A stretch of DNA of 63,619 nt, filler included, from Octopus bimaculoides (GCF_001194135.2; 10 parts of 7 records of this genome joined end to end with filler, not necessarily neighbours in it), one strand, 5' to 3'; numbered from the whole stretch's first letter, positions 49,824 through 61,314 are shown. Notes: generated by a model not told the origin, from the letters alone. Numbers and translations: made by a program.

Positions 49824-49995
49824 TCAGTCATTCAGTTTGGGGAAAAATTTTGCTATGAAATGTTGTTCCATATTTTTTCTGAAGGTGCGATTCATTGGGC
49901 ATTTATAGAAGGGAAAGATCTTGAATCTTCCTTCTCCACATGTTTCTAAGTGTTTATTTAGTGGAATTTTTTGTAGCTCTCCCTGTCGGATATGC
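49824..49995 (-). mobile_element. Penelope-like GIY-YIG C-terminal fragment
   Basis: HIRQGELQKIPLNKHLETCGEGRFKIFPFYKC..RKNMEQHFIAKFFPKLND*; homologous to 42572-42750. Confidence 0.85.
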
Positions 49996-50126
49996 CCAAG
50001 GAATGACACACATACATACATATGTGTGTGAGTGTATGTATGTATGTATGTTCATGGGAGTAGGGCTGTTTCAGCAGCATACATACATACATACATACAT
50101 ACATACATACATACATACATACATAC

Positions 50127-50157
<31 letters not shown>

Positions 50158-50185
50158 CATGCACACACGCACATATGTATGTATG

Positions 50186-50216
<31 letters not shown>

Positions 50217-50221
50217 TTAAG

Positions 50222-50480
50222 TATTTTCGATGGCTTGGTCACGTGCGCGGCACGAACGGAGATTGCATCCCCAAGGATGTATTGAACGGAAAGCTTGAGT
50301 GTGGATCGCGCCCACAAGACTGTCTCTACCTGAGATGTAGGAATGTGTGGAACACGGATCTTTGTTTAACACACATCGAAATAATGTCAAGAGTGAACAT
50401 TGCATAAACTTTCTATTCTGGAGACATGCGGCGAGAAAGAGCTGAAAAAATAATGGAAGATGATTTAGATGGACTTTGGC
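50222..50480 (+). mobile_element. RTE-clade LINE 3' fragment
   Basis: RWLGHVRGTNGDCIPKDVLNGKLECGSRPQDCLYLRCRNVW, fitting RWLGHV.RM.D.RIPK..LYGEL..G.RP.GRP.LR.KD. Confidence 0.75.
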
Positions 50481-50778
50481 CAATAAAAGACAAAGGTAAA
50501 AGGTATCAACTCCACACAACGACTCAGTTTTCAAGGAGTGTCTCTCTGGAATAAGCCTACGTAAGATACATCTTGTACGATGTATCAGAATGTTGAGAGC
50601 GTAGGATGAAAATGACTCAAGAAAGGAAAAAAGAAGAGTTTTCCATCGTCTCCTAAGAGAGACAGAGAACGACGAAGATATTTGTATGTAGACGTTATAG
50701 TGTTACATACTGACATTCCCTTGAATACGGATATCTGAAACTTACGTTTATCTCTAACCCGAACATAAAATAAAATAA

Positions 50779-51028
50779 ATGAGCCCTTTTAAAGCCTAGC
50801 CAGGCTCATGGGCCCGGTCTCCCGGTTTCAATGGCGAATGTGTTCCCCAGCTGGACGGGACGCCAGTCCATCGCAGCGTTACTCATTTTTGCCAGCTGAG
50901 TGGGCTGGAGCAACGTGAAATGAAGTGTTTTGCTCAAGAACACAACGCGTCGCCCGGTCCTGGAATCGAAACCACAATCTTACGATCATGATGCTGACAC
51001 CCTAACCACTAAGCCACGCGTCTCCACC
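50779..51028 (-). mobile_element. tRNA-derived SINE with V-domain-like centre, full length
   Basis: Reverse complement gtggcttagtggttagggtgtcagc..ggtttcgattcc, gtgttcttgagcaaaacactt, gctgcgatggactggcgtcccgtccagctgggg. Confidence 0.85.
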
Positions 51029-51614
51029 TAACCCTAACATATCACATGACAAATCATATATTAAATCATAGCATTTAAATACAAAGAAGCAGGAAAAGAA
51101 AAAAGGAAAAGTAATAAAGGGAAATAATGGAAGAAAGAAAGGGTCGGGGGGTAAAGCAGCTGAAGATGGAGGAGAAGGAGGTGATGGGCCACATACCGCG
51201 GAAAAAATGGAGTGATCAGCCGCGTCCCGCGGTAATGATCGCGATAGCGTTGCCGTGGAGAATGACCAGCGATACTCGTTGCAAGAGCCTTTCCACCTCG
51301 CGGGGTTTATTTCTCAGACGAACTGCCATTATCCCTATTTTGCAGAAGGAAATTAGTACTATGTGGTCCCAGTACAGCTGTTATGCTTGTGTGTTTTGTG
51401 ATATGTGTGGTAATGTTTTAGTGAGTTGAATGGATTTAGATTTTAAAAATATTTTCAGGTGTGAATAGTCAGATATAGATATTTCTGTTTTATTTCCATT
51501 GAATTCTTTGAAAATCTCATTTCTCATGAAGCATTTTCTTGTGTGTAGTGGTAGTAGTGGTGGTGGGGCGTGTGTGTATACATATGTATGTATGCATGTA
51601 TACATATATACTCA

Positions 51615-51830
51615 GGCGGCGGGCTGGCAGAATTACTAGCACGTCGGGCAAAATTCTTAGCGGCAATTCCGTCCGTCTTTACGATCTGAGTTCAAATGTC
51701 ACCGAGGCCGACTTTACTTTTCATCCTATCGTGATCGATAAAATAACAACCATCTGAGTACTAGGGGTTGATGAAATCGACTTACCCACTCTCGAACTTG
51801 CTGGATTTGTTCTGAAATTTGAAACACACA
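51615..51830 (+). mobile_element. SINE family A
   Basis: ggcggcgggctggcagaatt ... gagttcaaatgtcaccgagg ... gaaatttgaaac. Confidence 0.85.
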
Positions 51831-51859
51831 CACACACACATATATATATATAAGTTCAA

Positions 51860-52060
51860 AAAAGGAAAAAGACAAAAAAACAACGAAGAAAACAACAGCG
51901 TGAGGATGTGATACAGATTGTGTTACTAGACGCTCGGGAAAGGAAAGAGAGAGAATATGACGTTTCGAGCGGAGCTCTTCGTCGGAAACAAGGAAAGTCC
52001 AAAGAAGGGAAAAACGGAGGAAGAAAAAATCGCCACCGATGTTCACGAGGTTACATTGTG
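51860..52060 (-). mobile_element. Penelope-like terminal module with a hammerhead-like fold (about 51955-51990), between (TA)n tracts
   Basis: Reverse complement gttt-CCGACGA-A-GAGC-TCC-GCTC-GAA-ACGT-C; shares gacgctcgggaa with the 62095 module. Confidence 0.6.
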
Positions 52061-52904
52061 ATATATATATATATATATATATATACATCAACCTTCGACA
52101 CTGACAATATTCGATGATGTAGACTAGTTTTTCTTTTCGAGTTTATGTTTTCCATGTTCAGAGAGTGGGATTGAATTTGCTCAAATCCTTTCCCCATTAT
52201 AAAAAAATCATCTTGCACAAATATCGCTTGAAGGAAAAGTAAGACCTATCACATAAATGGCTGGTCGTAGCCTCCGCATGTGTGGGACTTTCGATCAGGC
52301 GATGGCAATACTCGAACACGTGTCTGCAGCCATCGTATACATATATACATGTAACTAAACAGAATAGTGGAAATTATTTGGCATTATCTATTAAAAAATT
52401 TCCACATTTCTATTTTGTTATACAACAATTCAGAAAAATTATATTTCCGTAATTCTCTATTTTAATATGTATTTTGACTAACATATACTTGTAGTAGCAG
52501 GCGAGACCAAATATTGTATTGTAATAATGAAATAAGCAGATGTGCTTCAAGAAGAAACAGCTGGGATTTACCCTAACTACCCATGTATATATATAATATA
52601 TATATATNNNNNNNNNNNNNNNNNNNNNNNNNNNNNNNNNNNNNNNNNNNNTTAATTAATTAANNNNNNNNNNNNNNNNNNNNNNNNNNNNNNNNNNNNN
52701 NNNNNNNCAAAACAAAAATTTTCGCTACTGTGGGCAAGCGAACCCGCCTCCCACAAACAGCGAATATAAAATTTGTTCGTACAACGAACACACAAAAAAC
52801 TCGCCAAGGAAAGCGAAGATGCCACACTGCTGGACAACAATTTACTAAAAAAATAAATAGAAGCAATAAATTGCTGCCCAGCTGAGCAAACAAAAACGAC
52901 TTAC

Positions 52905-52999
52905 CCCGGCGAATTCTTCAATTTTTCCTTCTATAGACAGAGCCGAAAACCATGTCTATCTTCGTTCACAGTAAGTAGCCAGTCTGGCGCACATGCGCA
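52905..52999 (-). promoter_or_regulatory. Candidate promoter and first non-coding exon of an unidentified minus-strand gene
   Basis: NRF1-like TGCGCATGTGCGC (52999-52987) about 80 nt upstream of a strong donor GGG|GTAAGT (GT at 52904-52903), in unique CpG-containing sequence. Confidence 0.4.
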
Positions 53000-54097
53000 G
53001 TGAGCAAACCGAGAGTAAGCAAGCTACTTACCACACAGCCACTCCTACGCCTATATATGAAGATTATTTTTCTTACAGAAAAGTAATAACCTTTAAAGCT
53101 GGGTAAATAAAATTAAATTTATATAGCACAAAAGCTTCAAATTGATATATCTACATACATACCTTTAGATGTTGCCTGTGAATTATTTTGGACTAATTCT
53201 GGAATGTCATTAAAAGCCTTTTCTGTCTAAAATGATAAATAAAAGGTTTATTAATATTTAGTGGCGTCAGAAAGTACCAAATTTATGAAATTTGATTCTG
53301 CTCATTCTCTTACAAATAATACAATCTTTTGTTTGCTTGTATTTGTCGTTAGTAGTATTAATGATCTTAATTTTGGAAACACTCCCTTATTAACCAAATA
53401 TTGAATTATAGTCAATAAAGAAGACTCTGCTTGGTTGCTTGATATGCTAGAAACAACGAACAATCATATTCTAACATCTTATGGGTATATTAATGTGATC
53501 CTAGATGCACTATATCTAAAATAGGATGAACTGGTCACCGCTGAAATGCCTTTATTCATAGGTATGCTCGATGAAGGCTGACCTGGGGCTATCTGACGAC
53601 AGCATAGATTAGAATTATATATAAACGAACAAATAAAATACATCAGTCTTCTCGGTTGGCGTTCAAATGACACCTTCAATGTGGATAGAACAAGATAAAT
53701 TAAGGTATTACATAAGATTTTCAGCTACCAATTATTTGCTACAAGGATTCAAATATCTCATCATACAGGAAACTTTCCTTACTCTCTGTATAAGAGTTAG
53801 TGAACACGCAAGACAAGGAATAATCATAACAATAATAATTCATGTAATTAATATCTTCAAAAGTCTAGTCAGTTACTTCGTTTTTGTGGAGCCTTCGATG
53901 AGCATCATCTAGTGTGTCTGTCATCAAACACCGTTGACAACTTGATATTTACACGATTTTAGTGTTAATAATGTGCAAGGCACCACACGTTTTCAGTTGA
54001 GTACTGGTTTCGATGTGATCGATTATTCCCAAATTTCAGTCTTTGTGCCTATAGTAGAAAGGTTTATTATTACTATTATTATTATTATTATTATTAT

Positions 54098-54396
54098 TCA
54101 GTAGTTTTATTTTTATAACGTGCTTTCACTTCACTACCGAGCGCAGCTCTGTGCGCCTTGGGTATGTGCTGTGGTTTGCTGTGGTGCTCTTATGTTTACT
54201 GTATTGAAAGTGTTTTGCGTAGGATGTGTGCAGTACCCAGTAGTGCAATTTTCTGTATGTTATATATATTTGTAAGTCCTGCTATTTTTGTTATGTATTT
54301 GTCTGAATATGTTTTTATTATACCTAAGGCACCTACTATGATAGGAATTGTTTCTGTTTTTAGATTCCACATTCGAGTTATCTCTATTTCCAGGTC
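54098..54396 (-). mobile_element. R4/Dong-clade 3' end, young subfamily, cut by assembly join
   Basis: DLEIEITRMWNLKTETIPIIVGALGII..IQKIALLGTAHILRKTLSIQ*, 3' UTR and (AAT)n tail; near-identical to 57240-57562. Confidence 0.9.
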
Positions 54397-54496
54397 NNNN
54401 NNNNNNNNNNNNNNNNNNNNNNNNNNNNNNNNNNNNNNNNTTAATTAATTAANNNNNNNNNNNNNNNNNNNNNNNNNNNNNNNNNNNNNNNNNNNN

Positions 54497-54533
<37 letters not shown>

Positions 54534-55264
54534 TGTACGTATATATATTTAGATATATATCGGTAACCACCATTTTGAGAGGGGATTTCTCATCAACGTA
54601 TCACTATGTTCGGCTAACATGCGCCCCGGGAACATAAGATGTTGCTTATAATGTTCGTTTCGTTTGTTGTTTTCTAATCTCTTCAATGGCTGTATTTGGA
54701 TTTGGCCAATCTATTATTCGCCATTTTACTATGAGATATATGTGCTTGCTTGCGCGTTCGTGTGTGTGCGTGTGCTTTCTGCTTTTATGTATTTCGTATA
54801 TTATTTGGTGTAACGTTAATGCTTCCAATTTTACTAGATTTCAAGAGGAGACTGCCTGTCATTGTATTTCTTTCGTTTTATTTCTTCTCTTTTTTTATAT
54901 ATATATAGTTTCTTTCTTATTGGTGGTTTTATTTATTGTTCATGTTATTGGTGTTGATGTTTTTGTTGTTGCTTTTCTTCTTTTTAATTATTCCTATAGT
55001 GTGTAGTGGTTTCGTTAAATTGCTTCATTCCTCGAGAAAGTAGTGTTATGTATTTTAGTCGCTTAACTCGGAGGTGAGAAATGTGTTACTACGTCGTTAC
55101 CAATATTGATGATGACGATGATGATGATGATGATGACGATGATGATGATGATGATGACGATGATGATGATGATGATATAGTTTATTTTTGTTTCTGCCGC
55201 CGATGCTATAATCGCGTTCTTGTTATTATTACTGTTAGCCTTTTATTTATTGTCTTTCTTGAAT

Positions 55265-55365
55265 AGCCTAATTCTTACCAAAATTGATTCTGTCTTCGCT
55301 CCTCTCAATATCTTATTTACTTCTATCCCCAGGTCTTTGTACTTCGATACCGTTTCAATCACCCT
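55265..55365 (-). mobile_element. Short R4-clade RLE fragment
   Basis: IETVSKYKDLGIEVNKILRGAKTESILVRI. Confidence 0.6.
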
Positions 55366-55477
55366 AGAAGCAGAGCACTCTACTCACTTTCTTTATCTAA
55401 CTTGTATAGTTAAAGGATTTGTACAAACTGAGCGTAAGTGTGCACACATACATACATATATATACATACAACATACA

Positions 55478-55511
<34 letters not shown>

Positions 55512-55709
55512 NNNNNNNNNNNNNNNNNNNNNNNNNNNNNNNNNNNNNNNNNNNNNNNNNNNNNNNNNNNNNNNNNNNNNNNNNNNNNNNNNNNNNNNNN
55601 NNNNNNNNNNNNNNNNNNNNNNNNNNNNNNNNNNNNNNNNNNNTATATATACATATATATGGGGGCTTAGCCGTGTGGTTACTTCGTTAAATTGAACACT
55701 TGTTGAACA

Positions 55710-55741
<32 letters not shown>

Positions 55742-56430
55742 ACACACACATATATGTATATACATACATACATACATAAATGTATGTAAATATATATATG
55801 TGTGAATGTCTGTATGTGGGTATTGTCTTAAGCCTATGTGCTTACAGCTAATTGGAACATTTGCATTCTGATATCCTAATTTTCCTCTCTTGTGGCTATA
55901 AATAAGAACCTATTTCTGTAGAGGATGAGTATGCTAGTCGATTAAATTGACTCTAGTATACCGTATGGCTATCAGATAGCTCACGTGTGCAAAAGTTTGA
56001 ATAACCCACGATGGTTGCCAATTCGTTTCGCGCCCTGTTATGGACAACGCTAGGTTGATGAGTGGGATATATTTTAGTTCAGATTAATAATGTCAGTTCT
56101 GAGAAAATAGCGAGTGATTTGGTCTGTACTCATAATCTCAGTTTCTTTTTTTGTGAAAAGCTACCTACGTTCTATAACCAGTAGGAAATTTTATCTCTCA
56201 TCTTCTCATTACCACTATGAAATGCAGAAGAGAAGTGTCGCTATCGCCTATGATTGTGACGTTCGTTTGCAATTTGGTTTGATCCTACTACGGGCAGCTT
56301 TGGAGATAGTTGTTCTACTGCAGATTAACCCGTACATTACAAGTGAAATTCGTAAGAGGGGAATTTTGCGAAAGATTATTTCATAGATAGATAGATAAAT
56401 AGATATATAGATAAATAGATAGATAGATAA

Positions 56431-56482
<52 letters not shown>

Positions 56483-56859
56483 ATAAATAGATATGCGTAT
56501 GGCGTTTAAGTATGTATATATGTGAATAATTGTACATACATATGTTAGTGATATCCAAACAGATATGACTAACTACTATATTAGTATGAATGCGAACGAA
56601 GAGACCAAAATCTGATTTATAGGTCTATTAATCTTTTAATACTTTTATTTTGCTTTAACGACGACGGTGCAGTGAGTGGGAATAAGACAAATCAATAAAT
56701 TCAAAGGTGTAAAATAAAATAAAGTTTAATACAAAGAATCGAAAAATATATAACAAATATCGCTTCACATTTCAACTTAATACTTAAATGTTTTATATTT
56801 CCTCAGTAATGATTGTAATAAGTACAAAAGATTGTCATCAAATAATGTGTGCATTGATA

Positions 56860-57139
56860 GAGATACATTTCTTTTATTAGCCACACAGGGCTCAACAAAG
56901 ATGGGACGAATACAATGTAGAGCTTTTCTTTTTAGGAGGGGGGAGGAAGAGAAAAAAAAAGGTAGGGGTGGGTGTCGATCAAAATGGATCGTAGGAAGGA
57001 AAAAAGGGGGAGTTCGATCAAAAGGGACCGAGAGAAAAAAAAAAGAAAAAAAAGGCGATCAATAGGGATCGTGTATCACAGTAATGTTCTCGTGTAAAAA
57101 GAGGGGAGGACAGTTTAGGTTTAGCCGTGGAAAGAAAAG
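56860..57139 (-). mobile_element. Probable LINE (L1/Tx1-like) 3' UTR
   Basis: Pyrimidine-rich with repeated gatcga blocks on the minus strand, ending tgtgtggctAATAAAagaaatgtatc; cut by assembly join. Confidence 0.45.
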
Positions 57140-57239
57140 NNNNNNNNNNNNNNNNNNNNNNNNNNNNNNNNNNNNNNNNNNNNTTAATTAATTAANNNNN
57201 NNNNNNNNNNNNNNNNNNNNNNNNNNNNNNNNNNNNNNN

Positions 57240-57562
57240 CTAAAAGAAATGGAAAAACTTTCAAAATACAAAGACCTGGAAATAGAGATAACTCGAATGT
57301 GGAATCTAAAAACAGAAACAATTCCTATCATAGTAGGTGCCTTAGGTATAATAAAAAAATATTCAGACAAATACATAACAAAAACACCAGGACTTACAAA
57401 TATATATAACATACAGAAAATTGCACTACTGGGTACTGCACACATTCTACGCAAAACACTTTCAATACAGTAAACATAAGAGCACCACAGCACATACCCA
57501 AGGCGCACAGAGCTGCGCTCGGTAGTGAAGTGAAAGCACGTTATAAAAATAAAACTACTGAA
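57240..57562 (+). mobile_element. R4/Dong-clade 3' end, young subfamily
   Basis: ORF 57249-57473 MEKLSKYKDLEIEITRMWNLKTETIPIIVGALG..GTAHILRKTLSIQ*; (AAT)n tail at 57563-57603. Confidence 0.92.
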
Positions 57563-57599
57563 CAATAATAATAATAATAATAACAATAATAATAATAAT

Positions 57600-57850
57600 A
57601 AATGAAAGGTATAGAAAAAATAACTAAGTACCAAAACCTAGCCATTGATTTACAGAGGCTATGAAAAGCACAGGTAAAATGTTTCCTTGTAGTTATAGAT
57701 TCATTAGGAACTATTCCTAGAGATATGAACTGATGAATAGAGGAAATAAGCATAAAACCTAGTTTAGTGCAGCTCCAGAAAATAGTATTATTAATGACTG
57801 CTAGGATACTTAGGAAGGTTCTTGGCATCAAAGGTTACTTGTTGTAGCCT
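57600..57850 (+). mobile_element. Older R4-clade 3' fragment starting directly after the (AAT)n tail of the previous copy
   Basis: MKGIEKITKYQNLAIDLQRL*KAQVKCFLVVIDSLGTIPR..LQKIVLLMTARILRKVLGI. Confidence 0.8.
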
Positions 57851-57899
57851 TATGGAAGGAATTTTTTCCATCAGTTTAATCTGTTGTGCATATATGAAA

Positions 57900-58445
57900 T
57901 AATACCATGATGCCTTGATGCAATACCAGGCAGTGGCTCTCATGGCTTCTGATCTTAACTGATTGGAAGTGTTATCATGCACATTGTTTTGTCTTGGTAT
58001 AAAAAGATGGGCTACAGCAAATATTCTGCTCAATACCACAGATTTGCTTTTCAGTTGTTTGAGCATAACCAACTGAGCATGTCTCATAGTGGCTGATGAT
58101 ATATGCATCTCTTTTCATGAGCAGAAGTAGTGGGGGAGCATCATAGCCATGTGTTGAGAGGAATTCTTTGGGGTTTGGATAATTCACCAATGGAAACATG
58201 GGAGTTTCGTTCATCATCCTTAAACAAAGCTTATTCAGGAACCTTTTGAGCTGGAAGAGTTACTCAACCTGCAGAAAATTTAAGATGGCCCCCACCTGCA
58301 AAGTCATGCACTGTTTATCTTAATATGAAATCACTATGTTGCGCACATATGGTTGTGATGCATGTGCCTGGTGTACCCTTATCAGACAGGCTTTGAATAT
58401 TTGTACCCCAGTGTCACTTTGATGGCATACACTGCTCTCTCACTC
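57900..58445 (+). mobile_element. Unclassified about 550-bp (AAT)n-tailed interspersed repeat
   Basis: Homologous to 13018-13370 (minus); ends cactgctctctcactcaataataaaataataat. Confidence 0.8.
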
Positions 58446-59343
58446 AATAATAAAAATAATAATAGTAATAATCCTTTCCACTATAGGCACATGGTCTGAA
58501 ATCTTGAGTAAGGGGGCTAATTGTCTGCATTGAGCCCAGTGTGTAACTGGTACTTATTTTATCGACCCCTTTTGCATTCAGAACCCATGTCTCACTACTA
58601 TGGAGTGTAGCCATTCATACACAAACATCATACAGTCTACCTTTCACTCTGTCCTTTTTTTGCCAACAGAGATAATAGCTCTCTGAATTCCTACAACCTA
58701 TTCTTATTCTAGAAACAATACTTCCAGAGCACCCTCCACCATTTACCAAGTTTAAAAGCATAGTATAATTTGCTTAAGTTAAAGTAGACTAATGGTGAAA
58801 CAAACTATTATTTCCTTTGTTTCAAAATTCTGGTTAGTATTTTCAGGTGGCCACTAATAATAGATATTTTTATCACAAGTTGAACAAGGAACAATATACA
58901 TTTCGAATTCTTCTTTATTTTTATTTTATATGGCATTTTGTGAATAACTGCTTTATTGTTTAGAAATTTCCAATGAGCCAATCACTAGTTTGCTTGACAA
59001 TCTTGATTCATGCAGCAATGTTACGAATTGTAATTCAACTCCAATGTTACTATATAAGAAGTAATTTAACACCTTTATATCTAAGCAAAATAAACAAAGT
59101 AAAACTTATTTTCATTAGGTAAAGGCAGACCTGTGTAGTAGGAGTATAGTAACTTAACTGAAGTTCATTATGTTAGTGTTTGTTTTTCTATTGGAAGTCT
59201 TGGCTGACAACCTCTCTAGTGATGGTAACATAACAACTGGCTGGTGGTAATTATGAGAGAGAGGTCAATAATGAAAAGTAATCATAATGACATCACTAAG
59301 GCTAGTATTTTTAGCAAAATGGTGAAATTCAGCAGGTATCTTG

Positions 59344-60025
59344 TGGAACAGCAGCACAAGCCCAAAAGAGAACAAGAAATGGTTGTTTGAATGTTATATT
59401 AGAAGTGAACGAAAGAAAAGAGGCTATCAGAAAAGGTTACTAGAGCTCTGGAAAAATATTATCACTATGAAGAGCTGAAGGATGTGATTGAACAAAGATT
59501 GGCTAATCAGATTAGACAAATTAAGATCAAAAAGTGGTTAAAGAAGATGGAACAAGAGGAGACTATAATGGAAGAGTGAAAGGAACTGTAGCGAACTATT
59601 GATCCAGAAGAAATACTCATGGAACAAGAGAATCTACAGAGCTTGGACATGGAGGGAGGGAATCTACCATATACAGAAGATATTAATGTACCTCCAACTA
59701 GAGAGTCACTGGAAAAAATTAGCCCCAAATTAGCTACTTTCTTTGACAAAATTCTGGAAGTAATGTTCCTTGAGGGAAGGAAAAGGTTACCATCACTGAA
59801 GTCATGTGATAGAACAAAGCTAAGACCAGAACTCAAGAAAGTGAATGAAGTTGTCATGAGAATTCTAAGGACATCACAGAGTTAAATTTCTTGATGTATG
59901 CCACTGCTTCTATCATCACAGAGAAGACAAGAATGTTTAGTGAAAAGAAAGTACAGAGAAGCAAAGAACCATTCTGGAAAAGGAGAATAAAAGAAAGCAT
60001 TGATACATTGCAGAAGGATTTAAGT
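59344..60025 (+). mobile_element. N-terminal region of an R4/Dong-clade ORF, degenerate, ending at (AAT)n
   Basis: KENKKWLFECYIRSERKKRGYQKRLLELW; IEQRLANQIRQIKIKKWLKKMEQEE; RKRLPSLKSCDRTKL; KEPFWKRRIKESIDTLQKDLS. Confidence 0.8.
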
Positions 60026-60084
60026 AATAATAATAATAATTTGACTTATGCTCTGATAATCCTGCTAAACATAAAAATGATTTC

Positions 60085-60435
60085 TATTTTAGAACAAGAC
60101 TTGAAATTTGGGGATGGGGGCTCAATCAATTATATTAACTCCAGTACTTGACCCATATTTATTTTAACCACCCTGAAAGATATTAAAAAAAAAAAATTAT
60201 CAACCATAACAGGATTAATGATAATAATATTTTTTTCTAATATAGGCACAAAGCTTGAAATTTGGAGGATGGGAGTGGTCAACAATATCAACTCCAGTAC
60301 TTGACTGCACTTATTTTATCAACATTGAAACAATGAAAGACAAAACGAATTTCAGTAGAGATTGAACTCAGAACATAAAGCAGAAGGATTGCTACAAAGC
60401 ATTTTGTCCAATATGCCAATGATTCTGTCAGCTCA
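60085..60435 (-). mobile_element. Two diverged SINE family A copies
   Basis: gacttgaaatttgggg..ccagtacttgacc (60090-60180) and tataggcacaaagcttgaaattt ... gattctgtcagctc (60240-60435). Confidence 0.75.
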
Positions 60436-60504
60436 AAGAGATGTTTATATTGTAGTTATTCTCTGTTTATACAGACAATTCAGAATTTGCAAGAATACAT
60501 CTAT

Positions 60505-61050
60505 AGTATGCATTAATGACTTGTAGGCACACAGTATTTCGTTATACAGCCATAATATGCTACAAAATATATTAAATGTTTTTATTAGTCAAAACTGTGT
60601 ACTACTGTGTTAGCAGTGCCATGTGTTAGGGTCATCTCTACAAATTTTTTATAGAAATTATAGCCAGCACTTAGTTTGTTACATTTCATATCTGAGATGA
60701 CAGATGTAAACAAATAATGGGATTGAAGATGAAAAAAATTGGTAAATGAACATATATACCATATTTCAGGAGCTTTTGCTCCTTCATCAGCCATCTAACA
60801 CATTAATCATCCACGAATTAATTGCTTAAATAGCCACTAAATACAGCAGTATGATGTTATTGGATATACCAATTTTACATGATAAACACATTCTTGGAAG
60901 CAGGTATGTAAATATTAAGGACTTGTAGGGATGCGGTATTTTGTCATGCAATCATAGTATGCTACAAAGTATATTAAATGTTTTTATAAGTGAATACTGT
61001 GTATCACTGTGTTAGCAGTGCACTTAAATAATGTGTTAAGGTCATAGCTC
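60505..61050. repeat. Diverged about 140-bp direct repeat pair (period about 402) with a hammerhead-core motif between them
   Basis: gacttgtagg at 60518 and 60920; tatgctacaaa.tatattaaatgtttttat and actgtgttagcagtgc in both copies. Confidence 0.8.
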
Positions 61051-61314
61051 CAAGTTCACCTTGACTGAAAAGACACATGATAAAAGACTGTGACAATCTC
61101 TTTTCTTTTAGATAACAGAGTGTGAATAGAGAAGATTTGGCTGCTACTTCTAACATGTCAAGTAACCACAGAGGCTCTCTCACTCATTCACTATTACTGG
61201 GATTTTTAAGAAGTAAGGCTTAGTGACTGATGAGAACTTATGGTCAGTGATATCATTCCAAAGAGGTGTAGTGGTTAGAGTCAGGAAAGAACTAGAATTA
61301 TATGATAAACGTAC

